Assembly (NCBI GenBank): GCA_965219685.1
Contig: CBDCOH010000002.1
Span: 4,032,001-4,096,000, forward strand
DNA: 64,000 bases
Source: Candidatus Spongiisociaceae bacterium
Lineage (GTDB): Bacteria; Actinomycetota; Acidimicrobiia; Spongiisociales; Spongiisociaceae
Direction: 5' to 3'
Shown here: positions 36,054 through 46,104 of the stretch, piece after piece
Position numbering within the stretch: the first letter of the stretch is position 1
How the letters are laid out: every line of letters starts with the position of its first letter
The notes under the pieces: generated by a model
Database searches by the model: none
What the model was told of the DNA's origin: nothing
What the model saw: only the letters and a program-made list of their open reading frames with translations
Position numbers and translations under genes: made by a program

Positions 36054-38410
36054 GTCATCTCCTTAACAGCGTAGGTATTGAGTACCACGGGGTCGTGACA
36101 TTCGATCATCGGTTCACCGCTGATCTCGATGGCGACCTCGTCAATGACGTCGAGAGCGCTGTCTGTGAACGGCAACCCGAACGAGCGGGCCAGCTCGTCG
36201 ACCGAGCCGCGGTCCCACTGCGGGCGGGCGGCGAGCGCCCTCACCAGCTGCGAGTGCGGTTCGTCGAGACCTTCGACGAACGAGTGGGTTCCCCCTCCGT
36301 TCGGCGCAGATGCCGGCTCGGGAGGCGCGTCTTCGTCCGTGAAGATGTCGGTAAGCAGAGCCGACACCCGGGCTGTATCGGCCAGACGCGCCCGGACCTT
36401 CGCCGGGTCGAGGGCCACTGCAGGGCCCGGCTCAGCGTCCGCATCCGCGTCGGGGAGCGTCCCGCGGGCTTCGGATGTCGTGCCCCTGGCGAGCGCTGGC
36501 ACCTGTTCGCCGATGTCGAGCCCGTGCAGATGGCGGTAGACGTCGGATTCATCCAGGCCGAGGTACCCGAACATCGTCTCCAGCGCGGTGACCTCCTCGC
36601 GGGTTGCCGCCCCGCCGGCGGTGGCGACCCCGATGAGGAACGTACCGAGATCCGCCCGGCCTTCGGTGGGAATCGCCTCAACCTTGCGTTTCACGCCGTA
36701 CATACCGAGCCTGCCGGTGGTCAGGAACTCGATGTGGGCCACCAGCCTGCGACGCTCGGCGGCGTCGAGGCCGGGAACCCGTTCGAGGCGGTCGGCGACG
36801 AACCTCTGTTGGTCGGGCCTTATGCTTCCGTCCGCGGCAGCAACCACCGCGGAGAGGTGGACGAGCGGTTTGGCCGCCATGTAGGCGGGTGACGGCTCGT
36901 CAGCCGCTCCGGCCGGTAACCGGAAGAGGACGGCGGAGGTACCCGGCCTGGGTATCGGTGCGCCGAACCGCACGTCGGGCTCCATACCGACGCCGATCTT
37001 GCCGAGGAGGGACGCCATGTAGCCGGCCTCCCGCTTGGTGAGTTTGCCGTTGTGCCCGGGTGACCACCTTTCCACCAGCTCGTTCAGCGGAACGACGGCG
37101 GTTCGCCCGCCATCGAGCATCTCGGACGTCCAGATGCGCAGGCCGTCGAGGATCGAGCCTCCCCGGGATACGAGCAGGGCCTCGGGCAGCAGCGACACGG
37201 CCGCGGCGGTCTGCGCGCCGTCGGGGTTCCTGCCGATGAACCGGCTATAGGTGTCGAGTTCGTCGGTGCACTCCTCGGCGAGGCGCCACAGCTTGCGGAT
37301 CAAGCTCGGGGTGGTCGTGATGTCGGGGATCGAATCGAGGTTGATGGTCACCTCGCCGCCATAGCCGAGCTCGAAGCCATCGGCGAGGCCCGGCGTGTCG
37401 GGGAACGTCGGGAAAACCATCATCCCCTTGAACCCGTGCGACTCTGCCTGGTAACGGAGAGTGAGGCTGCGTGCGGGTCGCCGTGCCCTGATCCCGTCGC
37501 CGAACCTGGCGTGGTAGAGCGCTACGAACAGTTCGTCGAATTCATCCGGGCAGCGTTCGGCGGCGGTGCGCAGCCGCGTCTCCGGGTGATGGCGGAGATA
37601 GCCGAGCGCGCCCTGGGCAGGGATCCCCGAGCCGTCCCGGACGTGCTTCCCGATACCGATGACAACCGCGAGAGGATTGTCCGACCCCATCCGGTCCGGA
37701 TACCAGGGGAAGGACTCGAAGTCCTCTCGCGCGTATATCAACGCGTCGACAAGAGCCAGAAGGTTCATGGCGGATCCGTAGAACGAGTCGTCGACGCCGT
37801 AGATCATCAGGAGGCGCACGATCTCTCCGGCGATGACCGGGTAGTCCGGATTGTCGAACTCGTGACCGATGTCTACCAAGAGGCGCCTCTCGAGCCCGTA
37901 GAGGAACAGGAACACGTATCCGATGTGGGCAAGCTCGTCCATGCGTCCCCCGGCCAGCCAGGCAAGGTAGCCGGCGCGGCCGCGCGGGTCCATATCGTGG
38001 TAGGAGGGCCAGTCGGCGAGCGTCAGCCCGTCCCGGTCCGGTCGCTTCCAGTCGACCGCAAGATCCGGATCGATCAGGGAGGGTTCGGTCCAGTACCCGC
38101 TCGCCGATGGCGCTTCCCTGCCCACGTAGACCATCCCGCCCGCAATCGAGCGTCCCTGCACGACGATTCTCCCGTCCGGGGGAACCCAGGTCGCCACGCC
38201 TCGCTCGGCACGTACCGGATCCGGCTCGGACGCCATCGGCTCCGGGAGTCGGGGTGGATGGGAGTCGCAGGCACAGGCAGTCTGAGCGGAACACGTGCCC
38301 CGCCTGGACCGGTGCCTGTTCCGCTTGGATCGCCGCTGCTGCTTGGCGTGCCGCCTCTGTCCGGCCCGCTGCTTCCGCTTCTTGGACCGCTTCTTCTTGC
38401 GCCGGCTCAC
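36050..38410 (-). CDS. sngA: TerB_N / TerB / TerB_C protein, Shango SngA-like (copy 1)
   Basis: GGMVYVG, EPSLIDP, PSY...RAGYLAWLAGGR, IGYVFLFLYGLERR, AAADG TerB core, LD.AKVRARLADT C-terminal domain. Confidence 0.8.
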   Translation of the reverse strand: MSRRKKKRSKKRKQRAGQRRHAKQQRRSKRNRHRSRRGTCSAQTACACDSHPPRLPEPMASEPDPVRAERGVATWVPPDGRIVVQGRSIAGGMVYVGREAPSASGYWTEPSLIDPDLAVDWKRPDRDGLTLADWPSYHDMDPRGRAGYLAWLAGGRMDELAHIGYVFLFLYGLERRLLVDIGHEFDNPDYPVIAGEIVRLLMIYGVDDSFYGSAMNLLALVDALIYAREDFESFPWYPDRMGSDNPLAVVIGIGKHVRDGSGIPAQGALGYLRHHPETRLRTAAERCPDEFDELFVALYHARFGDGIRARRPARSLTLRYQAESHGFKGMMVFPTFPDTPGLADGFELGYGGEVTINLDSIPDITTTPSLIRKLWRLAEECTDELDTYSRFIGRNPDGAQTAAAVSLLPEALLVSRGGSILDGLRIWTSEMLDGGRTAVVPLNELVERWSPGHNGKLTKREAGYMASLLGKIGVGMEPDVRFGAPIPRPGTSAVLFRLPAGAADEPSPAYMAAKPLVHLSAVVAAADGSIRPDQQRFVADRLERVPGLDAAERRRLVAHIEFLTTGRLGMYGVKRKVEAIPTEGRADLGTFLIGVATAGGAATREEVTALETMFGYLGLDESDVYRHLHGLDIGEQVPALARGTTSEARGTLPDADADAEPGPAVALDPAKVRARLADTARVSALLTDIFTDEDAPPEPASAPNGGGTHSFVEGLDEPHSQLVRALAARPQWDRGSVDELARSFGLPFTDSALDVIDEVAIEISGEPMIECHDPVVLNTYAVKEMT

Positions 38411-38572
38411 AACCTCCCTCTCAGGTACCGCCTGCCGGTCAGAGGGGGGAGTGCACCGATTGACATACCGCTACGACAGTGACCTCATCATGATACAAGG
38501 AACGGCGGACATGCAAGGTGTTTGTAGCCTGCCATGCGGTGTTCACACGGCCGCTCGCGATCCGGCGGGCGG

Positions 38573-40798
38573 CTACGGCAGCTGCCGGCGGTCAGGGAAC
38601 CGAATCAACTCCTCCAAGGCATACGCGTTGAGCACGATGGGATCGTCCCCCTCGACGATCCCATCGCCGCAGGATTCGTAGGCGGCTTGGTTGATGACGT
38701 CGAGCGCGCCGTCGAGGAACGGTAGCCCGAGCGAGCGCGCCAGTTCCTCGACGGACCCACGATCCCATTCGGATCGCGAGACGAGCGCGTCGAGCAGGTG
38801 TGAATGCGGTCCGTCAAGACCCTTGATGAGCGACCCCGGTTCCGGACCGGGCGCCGGCGACTCCATCCCCGGTTGTGGCTCGTCGTCCGCGAAGATGCCG
38901 GTCAGCAGGTTCGCCACCCGGTCCGTCTCGGCCATACGGGCCCGGACCTTTGCAGGGTCCAGCGCGACAGGACGGTCCGGCGCGGCGGCCGCGCCGGGAT
39001 CGGGAAGCGCCCAACGACTGGTGGGCGCCCCCTCTCGAACGGTGACCGGGCCGGTCTTCTCCAAGTCGAGAGTGTGCGCTCGGCTGTATAGGTGCGCCTC
39101 GTCGAGGCCCATGTGGTCGAACAACTTTTCCAGAACGGCGATCTCCTCGTAGTTGACGGCCCCGTCGGCGGCCGCAAGCTCGATCAGAAGGCTTCCGACG
39201 TTCAGCAGATCGCCGGGTTCCATCGCCTCCACCTTGCGCTTGATGCCGTACATGCGAAGCTTCCGCATGGCGAGCAACTCCAGATGTGTCTGTAGCCTGA
39301 CCCGGTCGGAGGGGTCCAGTCCGGGGATCCCTTCCAGTCGTTGCGCTACGAACCGGTGCTCGTGGGAGTTGATCCTCCCGTCCGCCGCGGCCACCAAGGC
39401 GCTCAGATGCACGAGCGAAAGAGCGGCGCGGTACAGGGGAGTGGGTTTCGCCCGCGCCTCCTCGGGAAGCGGGAACAGGATCGTCTTCGTACCCGGACTC
39501 GGAGTGTTCGCACCGAAGCGGACGTCCGGTTCGATCCCCACGCCGACGCTGGCGAGCATGGACGCCAGCGCGACCGTCTCGGCCCTGGTGAGCTTCGAGG
39601 TGTGGCCGGGCGACCACTGCTCGGCCAGGTCTCTGAAGGAAACCACCGCCCTCGATCTGCCGTCCATCACTTCCGATGTCCAGGCGCGGAGAGCCTCGAG
39701 GATCGGGCCACAGTGCTCGGCGAGCAGCACGCCGGGGAGCAGCCCGACCGCGATCGGGGTCCCGGCCGAATCGGGTCGGCGCCCGATCAGACGGCTGTAT
39801 GCGTCGAGTTCCCCGTCGCATTGCTTGGCCAACTCGTTCAGATCGGTGATCAGCGCCGGCTCCATCGTTACGTCAGGGATCCCGTCGAGGGCCATGAACA
39901 CACCTCCGTCGAATCCGGAGGAAGCGGCCCGGTAGGAGAGCTTGATCTTCCTGGGCGGCTCTTGCACCCTGAAACCCGGTCCGAACCGCGCGCCGTAGTA
40001 GATGCCGAACAGCTCGTCGAACTCGGCTGCAACGCGCTTGGCCGGTGTTCGCAGCCGTCCCTCGGGATGGTGACGGAGGTAGCTGAGGGCCCATTCGACT
40101 GGGATGGCGGACCCTTTCGCAACGTACTTACCGATCTCGACCCGGACCGCGGCCGGGACGCCGACCTTGACGTGCTCCGGAACCGGCGATACCGGCTTCG
40201 ACCCGGACTTCACCGACCGCACCCCTTCCACGAAGTCCAGCAACCGGCCGGCGCTCCACGGGAACGGGTGCGCCTCCCGGTAGATGCGTAGGAGACGTTC
40301 GACCTCGGCAAGGATGACCGCCACCTCGGGATGGTGAAGGTCGGCGCCCAGGTCGGCGAACAGCCGCCGTTCGAGCCCGTAGAAGAACAGGAGCACGTAA
40401 CCGATGTGGGCGGACCCGTCCATGCGTCCTCCGGCCAGCCACTCGAGATAGGCGGCGCGGGCGCGCGGGTTGGCTCCCCTGTAGGACGGGTTGCGTGGCA
40501 CGGAAGCTCCGGTACGGTCCGGGCTCCTCCAGCTGACCGGTAGGCGAGGATCGATGAGGCTGGGCTCGGGTCCGAGACCGTTCGCCGCCAGGGCGCCGTT
40601 ACCGACGTACACCATCCCGCCCTCTATCGATCGGCCGGCCACTTCGATCTTCCCACCGGGCGGTATCCAGGTCGCCGGACCTCGCTTGGCTCGCCGTACT
40701 GACCACGGAAGCGTGCCGCTCTCCCACCAGTAGAGCGCCGGCGGGCGGGGCTTCCTCTTCCGTCGGGGACGGTTCGTCCCGCGCTCGGCTTGGCTCAC
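38573..40798 (-). CDS. sngA: TerB_N / TerB / TerB_C protein, Shango SngA-like (copy 2)
   Basis: Same motifs along its whole length as 36050-38410 (IGYVLLFFYGLERR, EPDVRFG, AAADG). Confidence 0.8.
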   Translation of the reverse strand: MSQAERGTNRPRRKRKPRPPALYWWESGTLPWSVRRAKRGPATWIPPGGKIEVAGRSIEGGMVYVGNGALAANGLGPEPSLIDPRLPVSWRSPDRTGASVPRNPSYRGANPRARAAYLEWLAGGRMDGSAHIGYVLLFFYGLERRLFADLGADLHHPEVAVILAEVERLLRIYREAHPFPWSAGRLLDFVEGVRSVKSGSKPVSPVPEHVKVGVPAAVRVEIGKYVAKGSAIPVEWALSYLRHHPEGRLRTPAKRVAAEFDELFGIYYGARFGPGFRVQEPPRKIKLSYRAASSGFDGGVFMALDGIPDVTMEPALITDLNELAKQCDGELDAYSRLIGRRPDSAGTPIAVGLLPGVLLAEHCGPILEALRAWTSEVMDGRSRAVVSFRDLAEQWSPGHTSKLTRAETVALASMLASVGVGIEPDVRFGANTPSPGTKTILFPLPEEARAKPTPLYRAALSLVHLSALVAAADGRINSHEHRFVAQRLEGIPGLDPSDRVRLQTHLELLAMRKLRMYGIKRKVEAMEPGDLLNVGSLLIELAAADGAVNYEEIAVLEKLFDHMGLDEAHLYSRAHTLDLEKTGPVTVREGAPTSRWALPDPGAAAAPDRPVALDPAKVRARMAETDRVANLLTGIFADDEPQPGMESPAPGPEPGSLIKGLDGPHSHLLDALVSRSEWDRGSVEELARSLGLPFLDGALDVINQAAYESCGDGIVEGDDPIVLNAYALEELIRFPDRRQLP

Positions 40799-41015
40799 GA
40801 CCTCCCTTTCTCAGGTTGCTCCTGCCGGGGCCACAGGAGGCGTGCTCTCAGGATACGGCGTCTCCGACAGTCCGCTCAGCGTGCCACCGGCCGGGCGGGT
40901 TCTGGAGAGTCGGAACCACTTGTACGATAGATGGGTATGACCGGGGTGCCGGCTTCCGATCTCTACCTCGCCGCAGCGACCTTGGTCGAGACGCGACCGC
41001 CCCGGTGATCCACCC

Positions 41016-41828
41016 GTGACCGGACTCACCAGGGAAATCGGCCTTTGCATCGAATCGATGGACGTGGGCTCGATCGACAGCGGCGCGCGTGACGTCGTCG
41101 CCGGCCTCGTAGCCCTGGCACTGGAGGCCGTGAGCGGAGAGTTGGGTTCCGGGCGTGCCCCATCGGAGAGCGATCCTCTCACTCTTGCTTCCGGGTTGGG
41201 GGCGGCTGTTCACGCCGGTGGCACTCCGGGCGCAGGTGTGGATCTCATGGACCTTGCCGTCCCGGTCGTGGCGGCTTCGCTGGCCACCGCCACTTGCCGT
41301 CCCGGCTCCGGCGCCTCGCTCGGTGCCGCGATCCTGGCCGGTTGCGAGTTAGGTCTTCTGCTGGCCGAGATGGCGGGCGCGGGTGATGCCGCTCCGCTCG
41401 CTCCGTTGGCGGCTACCTGTGCCGCGGCGGCGGGTGCCCGCGTTCTCGACCTGCGCGGTGACCGGCTCGTCTCGGCTATCGGGATCGGCGCCAGCAGTTC
41501 GGTGGGCGCCGGTATCAGCGCCGATGCCTCCTGGCAGGCGGGGAGATCGGCTTCCAACGGGGTGCTGGCCGCTCTACTCGCCCGGGCGGGTTTCACCGGA
41601 CCCCCGGACGCTTTGGAGCATCCCCGCGGCCTCCTGGGCGTCATGTTCGGTGTCCGCCTACAGGTCTGGAGAACAGAGCGGTTCGGCAACCGGATAGATG
41701 CACTGAGGCCGTTGGTCACCTCGCCACGACCCGCGGACGAACCCGAGGAGAGGGCGACCGGGCTATGGCAGATGGAGAGGAGTTCCGATCTGTTCACAGA
41801 GTTGATTCAGGACCGGGGGCGGCGATGA
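41016..41828 (+). CDS. Short, degenerate MmgE/PrpD-like protein
   Basis: AIGIGASS..G and AGRSASNGVLAALLARAGFTGP..ALE...G motifs; lacks DxDDTH/HPG; its stop overlaps the next start. Confidence 0.65.
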   Translation: MTGLTREIGLCIESMDVGSIDSGARDVVAGLVALALEAVSGELGSGRAPSESDPLTLASGLGAAVHAGGTPGAGVDLMDLAVPVVAASLATATCRPGSGASLGAAILAGCELGLLLAEMAGAGDAAPLAPLAATCAAAAGARVLDLRGDRLVSAIGIGASSSVGAGISADASWQAGRSASNGVLAALLARAGFTGPPDALEHPRGLLGVMFGVRLQVWRTERFGNRIDALRPLVTSPRPADEPEERATGLWQMERSSDLFTELIQDRGRR

Positions 41829-43159
41829 TAGAGACCGCCGTCCTCACGCGGCTGGCGGGCTTCTCGGTCGGTCCCCTCGATCTGCCCGAGGAGGTGGCGC
41901 AGGCCGGTCGGCGTACCCTGCTCAACGCGCTGGCGCTGGCGGTGGGTGCGGCTCGGCATCCCGCGGTCGAGGCGGCCTGCGAAGTCGTCTCGCGCCTGAC
42001 GCGGCGTCCTGAAGCATCGATCCCCGGCCGGCCGCTCCGGGTGGAGGCGGAGTGGGCCGCTTTCGTAGCAGGCATCGCGGTCCACGCCGAGGACTACGAC
42101 GACACTCACCTGGCAACCGTGGTGCATCCGGGCGCCCCGGTCGTTCCTGCGGCCCTCGCCGTGGCCGAGATGTACGGGCGGACCGGACGCGACCTGCTGG
42201 AGGCCGTGGTGGTGGGGGTGGAGGTTGCGTGCCGGATGGGCCTCGGTCTGGGGCCGGGTCACTTCGACCGCGGATGGCACCTCACGGGGTCGACCGGCCG
42301 GTACGGGGCTGCTGCTGCCGCCGCCCGCCTGGCCGGCCTGGACGCGGCCGCCCTGGCGGCGGTGTGGGCCCGCTCCGCAGCGGAGACGGCGGGTATACAG
42401 GCGGCGTTCGGCACCATGACCAAGCCGTACCATCCGGGCAAGGCCGCATACGACGGGATCCTGGCGGTCCGGGACGCCTTGGAAGGGCGCTGCCCGGCTC
42501 CCCTCACCAAAGAGCAGGAGACGACCGTGTTCCACGCTCTGGGTCCCGACCCCGATCCTCCGAGGGTCACCAGCGAACTTGGCGTGCAGTGGGAGACCAC
42601 CCTGAACACCTTCAAGCCGTATGCCTGTGGGATCGTCAGCCATCCGGTCATAGATGCGGCGGTCGAGGCGTGGATCAGCGTCACGGACGGCATAGCCCGG
42701 ATCACGGTTACCGTCAATCCCATCGTGCTTGACGTGATGGGTGTCGAAGAACCGGCCAACGGCCTCGAGTCGAAGTTCAGCGTGTACCACTGTGCGGCCA
42801 TCGGTTTCCTGGACGGGATGGGAGGCCCGGCCCAGTTCTCGGACGAGCGCGTGAGTTCACCCGATGCCACCGCGCTGCGTCGCAAGGTCGAGGTTGTCAC
42901 CGATCCGAGACTGGCCCGGGACGCAGCTCGTCTAGCGGTTGATCTGGAGGACGGGCGGCGGATCGAAGTGGGCGTCGACCATGCGAGGGGAAGTGTCGAG
43001 CGGCCCATGACGGACGAGGACCTCGCCTTCAAGGCCCGCGCCGCCATGCAGCCGGTCATCGGTGACGGCGCCGATGACCTCATAGGCATGGCGTATGCCC
43101 TCGAAGCTCACGGAGCCCGGGACATCATGCGGGTGGCTACAGGAGGGGCCACACCATGA
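41825..43159 (+). CDS. MmgE/PrpD-family protein
   Basis: HAEDYDDTH, VHPGAPVVPAAL, GWHLTG, MTKPYHPGKAA, FKPYACG; ATG 41825 overlaps the upstream stop. Confidence 0.9.
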   Translation: MIETAVLTRLAGFSVGPLDLPEEVAQAGRRTLLNALALAVGAARHPAVEAACEVVSRLTRRPEASIPGRPLRVEAEWAAFVAGIAVHAEDYDDTHLATVVHPGAPVVPAALAVAEMYGRTGRDLLEAVVVGVEVACRMGLGLGPGHFDRGWHLTGSTGRYGAAAAAARLAGLDAAALAAVWARSAAETAGIQAAFGTMTKPYHPGKAAYDGILAVRDALEGRCPAPLTKEQETTVFHALGPDPDPPRVTSELGVQWETTLNTFKPYACGIVSHPVIDAAVEAWISVTDGIARITVTVNPIVLDVMGVEEPANGLESKFSVYHCAAIGFLDGMGGPAQFSDERVSSPDATALRRKVEVVTDPRLARDAARLAVDLEDGRRIEVGVDHARGSVERPMTDEDLAFKARAAMQPVIGDGADDLIGMAYALEAHGARDIMRVATGGATP

Positions 43160-43815
43160 AGGGAAGGATCCGTGTCCGGTCGAGCCTCGCCGACAAGTGC
43201 TCACCCGCGTTGGCGGCCCTGGTGATAGTGGACATGGTGAACGACTTCGTCCATCCGCAGGGTCTGACCGTCGCCGGGAACGGGCGTGCGGTAGATGCGG
43301 CTCGTTCCACGATAGAGCCGATCGGTTCCCTGGCCACCGCGGCGCGCGCCGCGGGTGTCCCGGTCGTGTACGTGCAGCATTCGACGCTGCCGGACGGGGC
43401 CAGCCACTCGGGCCCCTGGGTGGATGCCCGGGGGCGAGCCACCTACAGCTCCCTCGACATCTGCCTCGACGGGAGCTGGGGACAGCAGGTCGTGGACGAA
43501 CTGGCGCCCCGAGAGGGTGACCTGGTGGTCAAGAAGCACCGCTACAGCGGGTTCGCGCGCACCGAACTGGATACCGTCCTCCGGGAGCGAGGGAGGGAGA
43601 CGATCGTCGTGTGTGGAGTCTCCACCAACGTCTGCGTAGAGGCGACCGCTCGGCAGGGTTTCGATCTCGACTACTACGTGGTGATTCCCCATGACGCCTG
43701 CGCTTCCTGGCACTCCGGCCTCCACGAGGCCGCCCTGGCTACGGCGCGCCATCGCTATGCGGTCGTCTGCTCGACTTCGGAGGTGATCTCCATATGGGAG
43801 GATTACGCCCCATGA
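43156..43815 (+). CDS. Isochorismatase-family cysteine hydrolase
   Basis: VDMVNDF, KHRYSGF and GVSTNVCVEAT (Asp-Lys-Cys triad). Confidence 0.9.
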   Translation: MKGRIRVRSSLADKCSPALAALVIVDMVNDFVHPQGLTVAGNGRAVDAARSTIEPIGSLATAARAAGVPVVYVQHSTLPDGASHSGPWVDARGRATYSSLDICLDGSWGQQVVDELAPREGDLVVKKHRYSGFARTELDTVLRERGRETIVVCGVSTNVCVEATARQGFDLDYYVVIPHDACASWHSGLHEAALATARHRYAVVCSTSEVISIWEDYAP

Positions 43816-44693
43816 CCCGGTCCCGGATCTCCTTCGCCCAGTCCTGGGACAGGGCCGCGCCGTCACCCCCCGACGGCAGGCCGATCATCGTCCAGATCGT
43901 GGTCAACCTGGAGTTGTGGCGATTCGATGCAGCCCTGCCGAGGTCGCTGCTGCCCGCCCCGCACGGCGAGCCCCGCATACCGGACGTTCCCAACTACTCC
44001 TGGGTGGAGTACGGGTTGCGCAGCGGGTTGCCCCGTATCCTGCGCCTCTTCGAGTCGCTCGGCGTACCGGCCTCCGCGTCGGTGAACGCACTCCTCTTCC
44101 GGGAAGAGCCGGCCATCGGGGAGCGGGTCGTGGAAGCCGGCTGGGAGATGGTGGGTCACGGGACCGAGCAGCGGGCCCTGGCGGCCGGCACCGAGCGGCA
44201 GACCGTTCGCGACACCCTGGACATGCTCGAGGAGTTCTCGGGATCCCGGCCGAGGGGATGGTTGGGTCCGGGGCTGCAGGAGACGTTCGACACGCCGGAC
44301 GTCCTCGCCGAAGCCGGTCTCGACTACGTGCTCGACTGGGCGGTGGACGACCTCCCGGTGTGGATGGACACCCGCCACGGACCGCTCCTGGCGGTCCCCT
44401 ACAACCTCGAGATCAACGACAGCCTGCTGTTCGGAGTCGAGCGGCACTCTTCGCGGGAGTTCGCAGACCGCGTGGAGGACACTCTCAGGACCTACGAGCA
44501 GGAGACCGGGTCCGCATCCCGGATCCTCACACTCGGCCTGCATCCCCACCTCATCGGCATCCCCCATCGATTCGTGTACCTGCGGAAGGTGCTGGAGGAT
44601 CTGTCCGCACGGGCCGACACGGTATTCATGACCGGCTCGGCTATCACCGACTGGTACCGGGCCGAGGTGCCTCCGGAAGGGAGTAATCCATGA
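43812..44693 (+). CDS. Polysaccharide deacetylase-family protein (PuuE/allantoinase-like)
   Basis: VVNLE, NYSWVEYGLRSG, WEMVGHG, PRGWLGPGL, DDLP, LHPHLIG. Confidence 0.85.
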   Translation: MTRSRISFAQSWDRAAPSPPDGRPIIVQIVVNLELWRFDAALPRSLLPAPHGEPRIPDVPNYSWVEYGLRSGLPRILRLFESLGVPASASVNALLFREEPAIGERVVEAGWEMVGHGTEQRALAAGTERQTVRDTLDMLEEFSGSRPRGWLGPGLQETFDTPDVLAEAGLDYVLDWAVDDLPVWMDTRHGPLLAVPYNLEINDSLLFGVERHSSREFADRVEDTLRTYEQETGSASRILTLGLHPHLIGIPHRFVYLRKVLEDLSARADTVFMTGSAITDWYRAEVPPEGSNP

Positions 44694-45034
44694 GCGTCGT
44701 GAAGATCAACGCCATCACCGTGCCGGGGGGAATGGGCGGCCAACTGGAGGAGCGATTCGCCAAGCGGGCGCATCAGGTCGAGGGCATGGAAGGCTTCGAG
44801 GGCTTCGAGCTACTCCGGCCGGTCAGCGGTGAGACCCGCTACTTCGTGTACACGAGGTGGCGGTCGGAGGAGGACTTCCAACGCTGGGTGAGTGGCCGGG
44901 AATTCAAGAAGGGCCACACGCAGCCCGATCCTGCTTCCGGGAGCAGACCCGTAGGAGTCGCAGCCGAGTTGTTGTCTTTCGAGGTTGTTGAGCAGGTAGG
45001 GCACGGGGACACGGAAGACCCGAGCCAACGCTAA
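44690..45034 (+). CDS. mhuD: ABM-family monooxygenase, MhuD-like heme-degrading enzyme
   Basis: MSVVKINAI.VP...LEERFA.RAH.VE...GF.GF.LLRPV.GE.RYFV.T.W..EE.FQ.W and LL.FEVV closely resemble mycobacterial MhuD as recalled. Confidence 0.7.
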   Translation: MSVVKINAITVPGGMGGQLEERFAKRAHQVEGMEGFEGFELLRPVSGETRYFVYTRWRSEEDFQRWVSGREFKKGHTQPDPASGSRPVGVAAELLSFEVVEQVGHGDTEDPSQR

Positions 45035-45181
45035 CCACCGATCACATCTAATAACGAACATCTAGTACGGTGATTCCGGTGGGTCCTACCACTTTAGGAT
45101 GGCGCTTACATGATCCGAGGCGAGATTCTGGTGATGGCGGCGCTACGACGGTCAGCGCCTGCGGCCCACGGTCGGCACGCG

Positions 45182-46072
45182 ATGCGGTGGCTACCCCTAG
45201 CCGCGTTGTCGGTGGTAGTGCTCGTGGCAGGGTGCGGATCCAGCGATCCACCCGTAGAGTCGGCTGCGCCCGAGACAACCATGGCTGGGACGAGTGTTCC
45301 CGTTGCGCCTGAGACGACCGTGGCTGGGACGAGCGTTCCGGCTGCGCCTGAGACGACGATGGCTGGGACGACTGTTCCGGCTGCGCCTGAGACGAGTGTG
45401 GCGGACGGCAGCGAGATAAGGCCTGGGCCCGCCGCCAGGCCTATCGAGTTCAGCTTCTCACTCGAGGCTGACGCTGAGGGCTGGGTGTTCGACTTCGCGG
45501 ACCTGCCGGAGGACTACGACCAGTCGATCTATGAGTTGGATGCCGGTCACCGCCCTCTACCCGGCGGTCTCGATGGCGCCGGATTCTGTGTGCAGGGCCA
45601 TAACCGCAGCGACGACCTGTTCATGTATCTCAAGCGACAGGTGGACGGTCTGGTTCCGGGAGAGTCCTATTCCGTCTCGGTGACCGTCGATCTGGCTACG
45701 AACGTCCCGACGGGAATGGTCGGGATCGGTGGCTCCCCCGGCGAGAGCGTGTATGTAAAGGCAGGAGCCTCCACTGTGGAGCCGGAGGCGTCACCCGACC
45801 GCACCGGCCATCTCCGGATGAACATAGACAAGGGCAACCAGTCCCGAGGCGGCTCGCAAATGGTGGTGATCGGCGATGTGGCACACGCCGACGTTGCGGG
45901 GGAGGAGTTCCAGATCAAGACCCTGGCCAACTCGGGCCGTCCCGTGACCGTCGATGCGGATGCCTCGGGGAATGCGTGGCTGATCGTGGGTACCGACTCG
46001 GGATTTGAGGGTCTCACCCTCCTCTGTTACGACCGGATCTCCTACACGTTCTCGCCGGTCGAGGCAGGGTGA
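45182..46072 (+). CDS. Lipoprotein with a 13-aa tandem-repeat stalk
   Basis: LVAGC lipobox; (A/V)APETT(M/V)AGT(S/T)VP x3.5; C-terminal GHNRSDDLFMY and GTDSGFEG domain of unknown function. Confidence 0.75.
   Translation: MRWLPLAALSVVVLVAGCGSSDPPVESAAPETTMAGTSVPVAPETTVAGTSVPAAPETTMAGTTVPAAPETSVADGSEIRPGPAARPIEFSFSLEADAEGWVFDFADLPEDYDQSIYELDAGHRPLPGGLDGAGFCVQGHNRSDDLFMYLKRQVDGLVPGESYSVSVTVDLATNVPTGMVGIGGSPGESVYVKAGASTVEPEASPDRTGHLRMNIDKGNQSRGGSQMVVIGDVAHADVAGEEFQIKTLANSGRPVTVDADASGNAWLIVGTDSGFEGLTLLCYDRISYTFSPVEAG
45263..45402 (+). repeat. 39-bp coding tandem repeat, about 3.5 copies
   Basis: GCTGCGCCYGAGACRACSRTGGCTGGGACGASYGTTCCS-like units. Confidence 0.8.
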
Positions 46073-46104
46073 TCGTCGGCCTCGGACTAACCGCCTAGAA
46101 ACAT

